This document shows positions 1-12,800 of a DNA stretch of 64,000 nt, in pieces. The stretch covers positions 15,810,001-15,874,000 of the forward strand of contig OZ024750.1 in assembly GCA_964016885.1 (NCBI GenBank), given 5' to 3'. This stretch comes from Eledone cirrhosa (taxonomy: Eukaryota). How positions within the stretch are numbered: the first letter of the stretch is position 1; each line of letters starts with the position of its first letter. Under the pieces are notes generated by a model. The model searched no databases. It saw only the letters and a list, made by a program, of their open reading frames with translations, and was not told where the DNA came from. Made by a program: the position numbers and the translations under genes.

Positions 1-389
1 GTACTTGACTGTACTTTTTTATCGACTTTGAATGGATGAAAGGCAAAATTGACCTCGGAGGGATTTTGAACTCAGACAGCAGAGTGCCGAAATGAATATT
101 GCAAAGCATTGTATCTGTCGTTTCAACGACTCTCTCAGTTACCTGCCTTATATCTTCAGTTTTAGGGACTGGAAATACTTGCAAAATATTCCGTCAAAAA
201 TGTTACAATAACTTTCAGGAATAACAATAACTTGGACTGAATCGTATGTTTTTATTTAATGTTATTAATCACAGTAACTTCAGAAATACTATAATATTCT
301 TAATTCAAAATTAAAGAAAGAAATTTACAATCCCTCGCTTGCATATTAAAAAAAAAAAGAAAAATAGAAAAAAAGGCCTTAAATAGGAA

Positions 390-548
390 TAGGGGAAGGG
401 AGTGGCATATTTTACACTCCAGCCCAGGTAATATGTCACGGTTATGGAGGAGGGAGTGGCATATTTTACACCCCAGTCCAGGTGATATATCTCAGTTGTG
501 GGGGAGGGAGCGGCAGACGTTACACCCCGGCCTAGATAATGTTTCAGC
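390..548. repeat. Short tandem repeat, about 60-bp unit, 3 degenerate copies
   Basis: Recurring agggagtggcatattttacac..cag.ccaggt.atat. Confidence 0.6.
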
Positions 549-779
549 TGCAGCCGCGGAGAAGAGCCAGCGACACCTGTTACATCAGTCTCTCTGCCTT
601 ACCTTCAGATGACATGCACCCCTGAAGATTTTGCAGGAGAAAACGGCAGTTCAGGGATCGAGGAACACACGGGTGTTGACGACGACCAGCATGAAAAGGA
701 AGCGATCAATCAAGTCCTGAATTGAATTAAATTAAACTCAGAAAAACAAAAGAAAACAAAAATGTGACCTGTTGTAAAG

Positions 780-975
780 CAGACCTGTCAACTCTCTCCG
801 TCGGACGGGGAGATCTCCTACCCACTTTGGAGTGAGTGAGAGATGTCTTCTCTTGTGAAAATGGGTATAGCTTTCATTAAGTAAAATCTCCCCATTTTGT
901 CTCATTTCTCCCTGTTTTGGGGTCCTTTTTTTTCATGGTACTCTCTGTATGGGTTTTTAGAAGTTGGCAGGTCTG
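780..975. mobile_element. Non-autonomous DNA transposon (MITE, hAT-like ends)
   Basis: TIRs CAGACCTGTCAAC / GTTGGCAGGTCTG; second copy at 3083-3245. Confidence 0.7.
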
Positions 976-1726
976 GTAAAAATCAGACGTTCAGCAGCTG
1001 TGAGTAGAGTTTCACCTGACTGAGTATATAGGCCATCGCTTCATATCCTTTTACATCTGGATCTCGTCCTAAATTTAAATATTCAATGTTCAATTACTCA
1101 TTAAACATAGCCGTGGGGTGTCTTTATAATTAGATTCAACTTACTGGCTTTAAGTAACCCTACAAAACAGAAGTAGGTGGAGAATTTTATCACTACTATA
1201 AATTACGAGACAAGATGTATGTATGCATTGATGCATAACGATGCATACATGATTGCATACAAACATACATACATGATGGATGCAACTCGATTTGGAGTAA
1301 TGCCAGCACGGACGTGACTTTTTAGTCCTGCTAGGGAATTGCCTATGGCCAGCAATGCCATGCATCGCAAACAATGCCTGTGTTTGAAGCTTTTTTAAGT
1401 GAGGAAAGGCTTTGCGCGGGGCCAATCCCACTCTCTCAACATCGAATGCATTTGGCCAAAGAGAAGAACTGGTCTACATCATTGGATGCAAACGAAATCG
1501 CAGGTTTTATGTAAGACTGACCTGACCGTCTCCTAGAAAGATGTCTTACTGAAGACTAGGAGTCTCTCGCCCAGAAAAATACACTTTATTGGATGGCCGT
1601 TGGTTCTCCTGAGTTCCGCCGCCTTTTGACGGTTTTTTTTTTTTTTTCCATCCCGCGGAGTGTCCAAATATGACCCTCCTCAACAAGCAAGCTTGGTGGA
1701 GTTGCAGGTTTAGTCGTCGACGACCC

Positions 1727-2337
1727 AACCACTACCACTACTACTACTACTACTACTACCACTACCACTACTGCTACTGCTGCTAATACTACTACAACTA
1801 CTACCACTACTACTACAACCACTACTACTACTACTACTACTACTATTACTACAACCACTACTACTACCACCACCACTATTACTACTACTACCACCTCCAC
1901 CACTACTACTACTACAACCACTACTACTACCGCCACCACCATTACTACTACTACAACTACCACTACTACTACTACTACTACCACTACCACTACTACTACT
2001 GCCACCATTACCACTACTACAACCACTACCACTACTACTACCGCCACCACCATTACTACTACTACTACCACCACCACCACCACTACTACTACAACCACTA
2101 CCGCTACAACTACTACTACTACCACCACCACAACTACTACTACTACAACCACTACTACTACTATCACCATTACTACTACTACAACCACTACCACTACTAC
2201 TACCACCACCACCATTACTACTACTACTACCACCACCACCACTACTACCATCACCACCACTACTACAACCACTACCGCTACAACTACTACTACTACCACA
2301 ACTACTACTACTACTACCACTACTACTACTACTACAA
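1727..2337. repeat. (CTA/CCA)n compound microsatellite
   Basis: Read directly; source of the poly-V and poly-S/G ORFs. Confidence 0.95.
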
Positions 2338-2351
2338 TTTTCTTCCAACAG

Positions 2352-4353
2352 TCCTTTACGGAAGATTTTGATGAGAACAACGATGGCAAAATTACTAAGG
2401 ATGAGTTCGTTAAACTGATGAGCAAAACCTGTATTCAGTAAGTCCATATACCTCATTTCTATTATTTGTATTTGTATTGAGGGGTGGTGGATTGGCAGTA
2501 TCGGTAAACATTCTGACGCCATGCTTTGACGCATAGAGTTACGGCCCTTTATGATCTGAGTTCAAATCCCGCCGAGGTTAACTTTGCTTTTCAACCTTAC
2601 AGGGTCGATAAAATAAAATACCAGTTACAGACTGGGGTCGATTTAATCGACTTTCCCCTCCCCAAAAATTGATGGCCTTGTGCCTATATAAGAAACCATT
2701 ATTTGTATTGTGGGGCGGTGTATTGACAGTATTGGTAGAGGGTCTGACGCCATGCTTTGCAGCAAAGAGTTACGGCCCTTTATGGTCTGAGTTCAAATCC
2801 CGCCGAGGTTAACTTTGCCTTTCATCCTTACGGGGTCGATAATATAAAGTACCAGTAATACACTGGGATAACTGCTGGCCTTGTGCCAAAAGTAGAAACA
2901 ATTATTTGTTTTGTAATGTAGAAGTAGAGTTGATTGGCGTTCTATATATATATATGACAGGCTCCTGCAAGTCCTTTAGTTCTCTATTCCATCTGCTTTG
3001 TCTGTCAACCGATACTGCCAATCTCCCGCTCCCAAATAATAGTATTTCACATGCGTTTTGCTTACACCATTATGGTTTCCAACAGACCTGTCAACTCTCC
3101 CCGTCCAATGGGGAGATCTCCCACCCACTTTGGGGTGGGTGAAAGATGTCTTCTCTTGTGAAAATGGGTATAGCTTTCATTAAGTAAAATCTCTCCATTT
3201 TGCTTCATTTCTCCCCGTTTAGGTGTTTAGGGGTTGGCAGGTCTGGACCAGCCTCTAATTTTCTATTTTATTCAGACATATTATAAGCAGTTATCTTCAC
3301 TACTTGTTGTCACTAAGAGCATTCCACCTACTATAGATACGTGGAGTTGATAACTATCTCTGAATTCTGTAAAATTAAGCATATGTAAAGACAAATGCTA
3401 TAATTAGCATAGGTGGGGACAATCTATTGTAATTAACTTTTTCCAACACAAAGTATTAAAATTCGAACTACAAACCAATGAGCCAGTTATAATAATAATA
3501 ATAATGAAATTATTGTGTAAAGTGCTTAGGTGCACTACAACTCGTCAAAGGTGTATGTATAGTAGACAGAATAATACACAAATGTCAGGGAAGTGAATAG
3601 TGTATGAGTCATGGTATACATGTGTATGTGTATGGAGGCAGAACATCAGCTGTAGTGTTGGCGGATCTCGGGAAGCATGGAGGCCTTAAAGGATACAGTG
3701 TCTCGACATCTAACAACTGATGCAGGTAGTTTGTTCTATGCTTCAGCAACTCTGAGCGTGAAAAAATGTTTCCTAAAGTCATGGGAGCTGTGCTGTTTTC
3801 TGACTTTGTGGGCATGCCCACGTGTGTTAGACACATGGAAATCAAAAAGGTACTCAGGGTTATCAATACAACCCTTCTATTGCTAGAGATTAGAGGAGTC
3901 GGTTATTAAACACAGAGGGGTTTCTTCATCAACACATCATAGTATGGATGACAGGATACAAATAGCTGCTTTCTTAGATAGTTTTTCAGGAGAAAAAATA
4001 TTCGGCCATAAATAATATATTAGGATCTGCACTATATCAATTGTTTTAATTGAACAATAATCAAAAATTATTTCTATTTACACTAACGGAACCGGCATTA
4101 TTTTATTGATTTTTATACAAATTCATCATTTAATATATTTACTTTTATATCATCTAGCAAACCTGGTGCGATGGAGGAAGCTTTTAAGAAATTTGACACC
4201 GATGGGTCTGGTTTCATCTCAAAAGCCGAGCTGAAGTCTATGATGCAATCGCTGGGTATGGATATCTCTCGCAAGAATGTGCAAGAAATGATGCGTTCAG
4301 TTAGCAGGGATGATAAGATTGATTATAAGGATTTTGTGAAGGCCATGAAGTAG
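2352..4353 (+). CDS. Calmodulin-like EF-hand protein, 3' part (exons 2352-2437 and 4158-4353); 5' exons not found and probably upstream of the window
   Basis: cag|TCC...ATT CA|gtaagt joins in phase 2 to tag|C AAA CCT. Peptide SFTEDFDENNDGKITKDEFVKLMSKTCIHKPGAMEEAFKKFDTDGSGFISKAELKSMMQSLG...KIDYKDFVKAMK* has two canonical EF loops and a degenerate last loop. AATAAA at 4427 and 4450. Confidence 0.85.
2481..2905 (+). mobile_element. Two tandem tRNA-derived SINEs (Meta-domain type)
   Basis: A box TGGCAGTATCGG, B box GAGTTCAAATCC, central GCCTTTCATCCTTACGGGGTCGATAAAATAAAGTACCAG and an ATT tail. Further copies near 5030-5207(-), 8558-8675(-), 12962-13152, 22293-22482, 28799-28990, 38530-38650(-) and 61125-61330. 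Confidence 0.85.
3083..3245. mobile_element. MITE, same family as 780-975
   Basis: Same TIRs and internal sequence (agatgtcttctcttgtgaaaatgggtatagc). Confidence 0.7.
3485..3880 (-). mobile_element. CR1/L2-group LINE 3' end
   Basis: Decayed FFTLRVAEA(W)NKLPASVV C-terminus plus an (ATT)n tail; second copy near 34736-34990. Confidence 0.65.
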
Positions 4354-5219
4354 ATTTGAATATTTTAAGAAGCATAAAGGATTGTATGCAGTATTTATTT
4401 GCATTGTCATTCCATTTAAATTTTGAAATAAATATTCTTCGGAAATAATAATAAAAAGTGTATCATGTATTTTGTTTATTTACTTGTTTATGCCCAGCGA
4501 AGCCAAAGGACGTTTCTAAACATTCATCTTAGAAACGTTTACCATCTTTCCTGCCTTACGGATTTCACTAAATATCTATATAATATCCTTCCATACCGGC
4601 TTCGTTTATTCTATCATTTATCAGACTTTACTTTTAATATTTCTTTTTACATTTTCCCCTACAAACAACTAATCATACACACACACACACGTATGTGTGA
4701 TTATATAAGTATAAAGAAAGTGCGCAAACGCAGAAATGTGTAAAAGATAGTTTATAAAATAGAGTGAAGACCTTTAAAAGATGGAAAAAGAATTTGCCAA
4801 CGACCGCTATGAGGAGTTAAACCTCATATATTCCAGCTGGTATCTGGAAAATAGAAGCTTAAATTGATTGTTCAACAAGAATCAATGACGGCTCACAGTA
4901 GTGTTTACTCAACGTACAAATTATTCCAATTGGTAGTTCCTGTGGTAGTTATATAGTTCCCAAGTGTCAGAATTTACAGAGTGTATATAGAAATTACAAA
5001 GTGAATTTGTATCTTAGTAAATCTGTAAATAATTGTTTCTACTTTTGGCACAAGGCCAGCAATTACCCAGTGTATTACTGGTACTTTATTTTATCGACCC
5101 CGTAACGATGAAAGGCAAAGTTAACCTCGGCGGGATTTGAACTCAGAATGGCAAGGGCCGTAACTCTATTATCAAAGCATGGCGTCCGACCCTCTACCGA
5201 TACTACCATGAATTTAATT

Positions 5220-5330
5220 GACACTTTGATGAAGATTTGATATCTGATGTAGGAACTGGAACATTTAATCTAACATTAGATGAATCCAATGACATTACAG
5301 CTAAGAAATTTCTGGTAAGAGTTATAATAT
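5220..5330 (+). mobile_element. hAT transposase relic
   Basis: HFDEDLISDVGTGTFNLTLDESNDITAKKFL resembles the FSLxxDESTDIS first-catalytic-Asp motif of hAT transposases. Confidence 0.45.
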
Positions 5331-6102
5331 ATTTCAGTAACAACTCGAAGAATATTCATATGTATGCATATATTTAATCTTGATAAATAACAAACTTCTT
5401 CATTATTTATCTGGTATTTAAAACATAACAAAATGTTCTTATTATAATGGATACTTTCAATTGAAATATAAACAATAAAAAACAAACAATTTTTGTAGGA
5501 AAGAAGCAGAGGTGGTTCGATATGAAAGGTGGTAAGGAAACTAAGACAAATCATTGTAGACAGTAACAACAGATCTAGTTGAGGAATTGATATCTTCATC
5601 ATCGTTTAACGTCTATTTTCCATGCTAGCAAGGGTTAGACCGGAATTGTCCCACTTGAGGCAAGATTGATCGGGTAACCGTGTCTCGCTCGTATAGGACT
5701 ATCTAACAGGTTTTCTATGGCTGGATGCCCTTCCTAACACCATCTTCCTGTATTTATATTAACCCTTTAACATTTACATTACTGTGGAAGAGAGAAAACT
5801 GCACTGGTATGGAGATATGATGATGATGGTCGCTGCGTGAAGAAATGCCAAGAAATCCTTGAGGAAGGAAGACCTGGGCAGAGGTGGTGAGAGCTGATCT
5901 CAAATTGCTGAAGTTCACAGAAGAGATGACAAATCAACATCACAAGTGGAGTGAAGCTGCACTGAAAAGGACCTGTCCAACATATACAAGCATGGAAAAC
6001 TGGTGATTATTTTTTTTTATTTTCTTACAGCATAGCTTTTTAACGAACAGTTGCTTTGCTAAAACAGTGTAGCTATGCTGTAACAAAATGAATATATCAA
6101 CT

Positions 6103-6133
<31 letters not shown>

Positions 6134-6405
6134 TTATTTACTCTATAACAAATATTGAGTTCTTCTTCCTTTGAGGGATCACTAGATCAGAACTCAATGT
6201 GTGTGTGTATGTGTATACATCTCGTATTTTTGCTGACTTTTCCATGCTGGCATAGGTTGGCTGGGACTTTTGAGGCAATGTTTTACAGCTGAATACTCTT
6301 CCTGGCACCAACTCTTTTAGTCGCTTCTTACGATACACAGGGATATGGTGTATCTAGTCTAAACTGGGTGTATATACATATTTATATATATATACATATA
6401 TATAT

Positions 6406-6750
6406 GGAGGCACATGGCTTAGTGGTTAGAGCATTAGCCTTGCAATCGAAAGGTTGTGAGTTCAATTCTCAGACCGGGTGATGTGTTGTTTCCTTGAGCA
6501 AGACACTTTATTTCACATTGCTCCAGTTTACTCAGCTGTAGAAATGAGATGATAGAGACTGGTGTCCCTATCATTCCACTGCAAAGTGGACGTGGAGGTG
6601 CCACGGCAAAAAAGCATCCACCACTCACTGTAAATGAGGTTGGTGTTAGGAAGGGCATCCAGCTGTAGAAATCTAGCCAGAATCAGTTCCCGTCACACCC
6701 TTGCAAGCAGGGAAAAGTGGACGTAAAATGATGATGATGATGATGATGAT
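6406..6750 (+). mobile_element. CORE-type tRNA-derived SINE with RTE-like 3' tail
   Basis: tRNA head, CORE-like GTGTTGTTTCCTTGAGCAAGACACTT, and tail CCCTTGCAAGCAGGGAAAAGTGGACGTAAAA(TGA)n shared with the RTE LINE. Other copies at 44195-44540(-), 48990-49381(-), 29040-29223 and 43440-43588(-). Confidence 0.8.
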
Positions 6751-6818
6751 ATATATATATATTATAGTGTAGGTGCAATAGTTTAAGCATGGAGTATTAC
6801 AATAACATCAACTAGATC

Positions 6819-9800
6819 CTAAGGACTGCTGAACAATTTTGTTCTGTTTACGGTATTTTTAAACTTGGTCAACAGTGGAGGAGTGAAATTCTCATCTTGA
6901 TCTGGTCCAGAAGCTGCTATTTTGGCAACATTAGGGTTTTCAAAAGTTGGACATTCCTGCAGTGGTTTCACATTTTCTTTGAGATTTTCTTTCAATGGAC
7001 TGTTTGGAGAGATAGATTGGTGGATGGATGTAAAGCATTTTGGAGTGACCGACTGATGAGGGCACCAGAAACATCCCCGACACACTGGTTCATAGTGCTT
7101 AGAGAGATTGGAATCATCATCTTTAACCTGGAACTAGAAATTAATAAAGCCAGTAAGTATTAAAACCAGTTAGGTAATCATGATATAATTGGGGTTATAT
7201 GCTCACAAAAAACAGGTTCATTTTATTTCACGTATTCACCTTACTTTACTATAAAGAACAATATACGTATGGACCTCTGACTCCTGATGTAGTCGTAGGG
7301 GCACCATATTGACATACAGTGTTTCTTGGGCATTTTCAGCCTGGCAGAGCTCATCCCTCTCCAGGCCTGAGCACAGCAGATTTCTTCCAGAGAAAGATAG
7401 AAAGTGAGAGAGAGGAAATCAGAAAGGGATATTGAGGAAGAATCAATCCCCAGTACTAGACTGGTACTTTTTTTATCGACCTCGAAAGGATGAAAGGCAA
7501 AGTTGACCTCGGCGGGATTTGAACTTTGAGAGCAGAGAGCTGGAATGAATAACATAAAGGATTCTATCCAACATTCTAACGACTCTGCCAATTCGCTGTT
7601 GTAATTGTGGTTATATATGCTCACAAAAAAAGGTCCATTTCATTTTATTTAGACGATTCACCTTACTTTACAACAAAGAACACTGTATGCATGTATAGAC
7701 CTGTAATTCCTAAGGGAGTCATAGGGGCACCATATTGATATAAAAACAATTATTATAAAAAATACTACATGTATAATAAAATGTTGTAGATTGCTTGAAG
7801 CATTGTATATAATATATAATGTGGAAAGTGATGTAGAGGATGTGGATCTGGGAGGAGTGACTAATCTTTCAGAGGCTGAAGTTGCAAGAGCAATTTAAGA
7901 GCTCAAAATTTAAGCTCTTAAATTGCTCTTTGAGTCAAATGTGGCAAGGCCACTGGGGAAAATGAAATATGGCCTGAGATGTTAAAAGCCTTAAATAAAG
8001 AAGGTATTCTCTGGCTAAATCATTTGTGCTTTGAAATTAGATTTAAATCTTCCGGTCTATTCTCTTTGAAATTAGATTTAAATCTAATTTCAAAGAAAAT
8101 AGAGTGGAAGATTTTTTTCTCTGAGATTTCCCTATATTCTGACAAAGGGAATTTTTTTAAGTCCCGAAATATTAGGATGAAAGAAACACAAAAAAAAAAC
8201 AAAGATTACCAGGTAACTAATTTTTTCGTTGCCTTCATCTTACCATCCATGTTGCATTGTTTTAGCTTCTTACATATATCACTTTCCACATTATATACTA
8301 CATATATAAATATATATATTTTACCTGAGATTCTGAATCTACCAAACAAGTAAAAGAGGCATTCTGTGAACAATGGACACAAATAGCAGACAACTTGTCA
8401 ACTCTCTCAGCGAGTGAGATCAATGTTAAGATGTCTGTGTAACCCTGTTGAAGTAGAAGTGAACAAAGTTAAAGTCTGGGGGAGATAACAATGGTATTGT
8501 AAGATCAAGGAAGATAACTCTTGACACAGACGGTAAGATAATTTCAATGGAAATAATTGTTTCTACTTTTGGCACAAGGCCAGCAATTATTCCAGTGTAT
8601 TATTGGTACTTTATTTTATCGACCCGTTAAGGATGAAAGGCAAAGTTAACCTCGGCGGGTCTTGAACTCAGTCCGTAATTTCAATGGAAATAATAGCAGA
8701 CAGTTTGTCAACTCCCAGCAAAGGAGACCAACATTAACTCTTTAGCATTTACATTACCCTATATATATTACCTCACATAATATCGAATCTATGAGATTTT
8801 GATATTATTTATTTTGAGAACAATGCCTTAATGTTGGTATGAATGGCTGGTTACGGCCAGTTTGGACAGAAAGAGTTGAGAGAATTCTGGCTGAACACAG
8901 CCGATTTAAATGTTAAAGGGTTAAGATAGAGGTGTATAATGAAGACATATAGGATTTGGTTATAGTATAAGATATATATAAATCTTGCTATAAGCTGTGG
9001 TCATGTCACAGCTACCTCAGTAGCCGTGTGAAAATACCAGACACTAGTGTTTCAGGACTTTTCAATCCATCATCAGTAACATTTACTCACTTGGTACTGA
9101 GAGAAGAATAAGCTATAGTTTATATATTTTTTGCATATTTAACATCTGCTGGAGATGTTAATTTGTATATATTGTATAGGTGTCACGACAAAAAGCACCC
9201 AGCCCATATTGTAAAGTGGTTGTGTGGGTGTCATGACAAAAAGCACCCAGTCCACACTGTAAAGTAGTCATGTAGGCGTCACGACAAAAAACACCCAGTA
9301 TTCTCTGTAAATGAGGTTGGTGTTAGGAAGGGCATCCAGCTCTAGAAACCAAGCTAAAATCAGTTCTGTATGAGCAAGACATGGTCGGCTGACCTGGCAT
9401 TGCCCACAACAGGACAACTTGTCTAACCCATGCTAGTGTGGAAAAATGGACATAAAACGGTGATGAAGATGATGATGATAGTGACTTGGCTGAGATTAAT
9501 TACCAGTAGCACTAACATGGCGTGATTCATAATAGAGGTGTATATGAAAGCATTCACGATGTAGTGTACTGGATGCATTTTACTATGGCACCAGTACTCC
9601 CACTTTATAGAGAAAGAGTTAAAACATCAAAAGATTCCGTTAGTTAGGTTAATAGTTGGGAAAATAGATAAGGAAGGCTTACCTTTTTCAGGTGTGTTGA
9701 GTCACGAGCTGCTACAATCATTGTTTTACCTTTGTCAGCCATTTTATTACAGAAGGTAACTATTGTGTCATACTGGAATTGTAAAGGGACATTGAGAGAG

Positions 9801-12800
9801 GGGAGAAATATAGAGATGTAGATAGACAGAGAGAGGGAGGAGATGTAGATAGACTGGGAAAGTGAGGAGATGCAGGGAGAGTGATATGTAAATTGAGAGA
9901 TGGAGAGGAGGGAGATGTAGATAGACAGGGAAAGTGAGGAGATGCAGGGAGAGTGATATGTAAATTGAGAGAGGGAGAGGAGGGAGATAGAAGATATGTA
10001 AATTGAGAGAGAGAAGAGTATGCCAGCAGGGATAAGCAAACATAAAATGATAATGATGATGGTGATGAATTACTCAATGAGGTGCTGACCTGGGACTAAA
10101 CAACGACATCACCATCACCACCACCATTTAACGGCTGTTTTCCCTGCAAGCAAGGATTGGATCAACCCAATGGTATCTACTTACACAGTGTCCATCATCA
10201 ATAGCAATAACATCATATTGATCAGCAACATCTAGATAAGACTCCAGTGCGCCCCTCTTAGTTTGATCAGACTGACTGAAAGTAAGACACAAGAGATTCA
10301 GTTAGACTTCAAAGACAATCATATGAATGGAAGACATTAATAAGGATTTCTTACATTAGCATGAACACTGAAGAACACAAGCATTTTAAGCCCATCTTCT
10401 CTAAAACAGGGGTTAAACCTAGCAGGCCCTTTTGTAGGCAATGTTTTACAGCTGGATGCTCTTTCTGGCACCAACACCTTTAGCCATCTTTTATGATAAT
10501 GTTCCCTGCTGAAGCTGGGGCTAAGCCTTGTAGGCTCCTGCTAGGCTTTATACACATATTGATGTCCTTTTTGAGGCAATGTTTTACAGCAAGATGCCCT
10601 TTCTGACACCAACTGTTTTATTTGCCTCTTATGATAATGTTCCCTGCTAAAGTAAAAGTTAAACCTCGCAGGTGCCTGATAGGCTTTATACACATACTCA
10701 GGTCCTTTTTGAGGCAATGTTTTACAGCAGGATGCCTTTTATGGCACCAACTGTTTTAGTTGCCTCTTATGATACACAATAATCATTATAATTGTTTTTA
10801 GTAAAGAATTACTTACCTTTTGGAGTGTTTAGCCTCATCTATGACAAGGCACCGTTTCTGAGCAATTTTGTGCCTTTGTATACGGAGGTTTAATTCAGTT
10901 CTGGAAGTAGAAGAAGCAATAATAAAGGTGATACTGTTGTAAAGGATTCAACTTTCTTAACTACATAGGTGCACAGTCTAGTGGTTAGGATGTGGGGCTC
11001 ATGATAATAAGATCATGGGTTTGATGTCCAGAGTGGCTGGTGTGTTGTATCCTTCAGTGGAAGGGAGCACAGTCGAGGACAACCAAGAAAGACCTGGGCA
11101 GAGGTTCTGAGAGCTGACCTCAAATCACTAAGACTGGCAGAGGAGATGACGAAGGACCGCGACAAGTGGAGAGATGCCGTGCTGAGAAGGACCCGTCCAA
11201 CCCATCAAGCATGGAAAAGAAGATGTAAAAACGATGATGATGATGATGATGCTCCTGATGGAGTTGTAAGGGAGCAATCATAACATATTTAATGTTCTTA
11301 TGACTGTCAAAATATTGTCTATTCTCCAGGGTAATAAAGAAATGATTGTGAATAAAATGTTGTTGTACTTACGATTTTCCACTGAATATGGGACCTATTA
11401 TCACCTAGAAGAAAAGATCAGATTTAATATGATAAAGAACAATGTCAAACTAATAACATATTGACTACACACACACAGAAAAACAAAAATATATATATAT
11501 ATATCTATCTAAGGCGGGTAAAATTCCCGAGATCCATGGACGAGTTCTCTCCAGCGGTCTCTGTCCCTCATTATCGCTGCCATGTCCTGCATCTCCAACA
11601 GACCAGTGTCTGTCCTTAGGGCATCAACATACGTTAACCTTGGTCTTCCTCTTCTAGTGTGTCCATGTAGGGGCTCCCACAGGAGCACTGAGTGCAATGT
11701 CAACTCTGAATGTCGGTGAGCATGTCCAGCTAACCTCAGTCTCCTCTGTGTCACTTTTGAGCTGACTTTTGGGATGCTCCCATACAGCTGAGTTTTTCAT
11801 CCTCAGTGTATATGGTATATATATATATATATATATATATACCATATACAATGTTTCAAGTAAATTACAAACTCCTTCTATATATATATCACTTATGTTA
11901 GGCTGTTTACTAATGGGTAGAACTGGTGGTTCTGGTTGATAAATAATGATGCAACAAATTAATTAAAGCACTCAACGTTATGCAAATCATCCATCGTAGA
12001 TGTGGTATCCCGTGGTTGGTGCCGGAACGGAGTAAAGTATTTATTAAAACAACAACAAAAGGACGTATTGGAAAGTTTACTTTAGAATTTTAATTCCGTG
12101 AAACAACTATACATATTTCGATGGCCCAGCTTTATCATCCGATTATAATGTAAGACTAGGCGATTTCATCAGGTGTTATTTGCAGAATTATGTTGAACCC
12201 AAACATAGAATGGAAGATAGGAGATTGAGAAAAAAATAGAAGATAGAAAATAGACAATAGACAATTCGATTCGGGGACAGCCAGCAAATATGGTGTTATT
12301 GATAGCAAGTTGTCTAACGACATGCCTTAATACAAAAGATCACTTCAAAGACTCAGCCCGGAAACATCTCTTTACGATAGTATAGACCATTTTACACACA
12401 TAGGAGTATGTATTTCAATTTACATAGTATTTGTTCTGCATATAAACTAGTTTGTTTCTCAATTGATATATCCAGTTATATACCGTTTATACTTATATTA
12501 TAGATGCTCTGAACTGGAAGTTTATTGAGCTTTGTACTGAGAAACATTATCGATATACATTTTATATGTATTGATTAAACCTAAAATTAGCTTATATATA
12601 TATTAGCGTCCGAAACGTTATGACCCTCTTCCTGCTATTTCAAGCGTTAAACTAATATATTCCTTCCATATACTGTGCCGTTTGTTATTTTTATTTACCT
12701 TTTACACACACATATATATATGAATGGTATATGTTATAGTCTGATGTAATAGAGGTATTATCCATATATGAATTTGTGTTTACATTTGTGGCTGTATTTA

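Noticed and set aside
609-726. Short acidic ORF after a cag acceptor (MTCTPEDFAGEN...)
   Set aside because: No recognisable homology, and it ends in a stop so cannot be an internal exon of the EF-hand gene.
1586-2534. Long poly-Val and Ser/Gly ORFs
   Set aside because: Translations of a triplet microsatellite, antisense to the EF-hand gene intron.
6406-6480. tRNA-like sequence
   Set aside because: SINE head continuing into CORE and RTE-tail sequence; not a tRNA gene.
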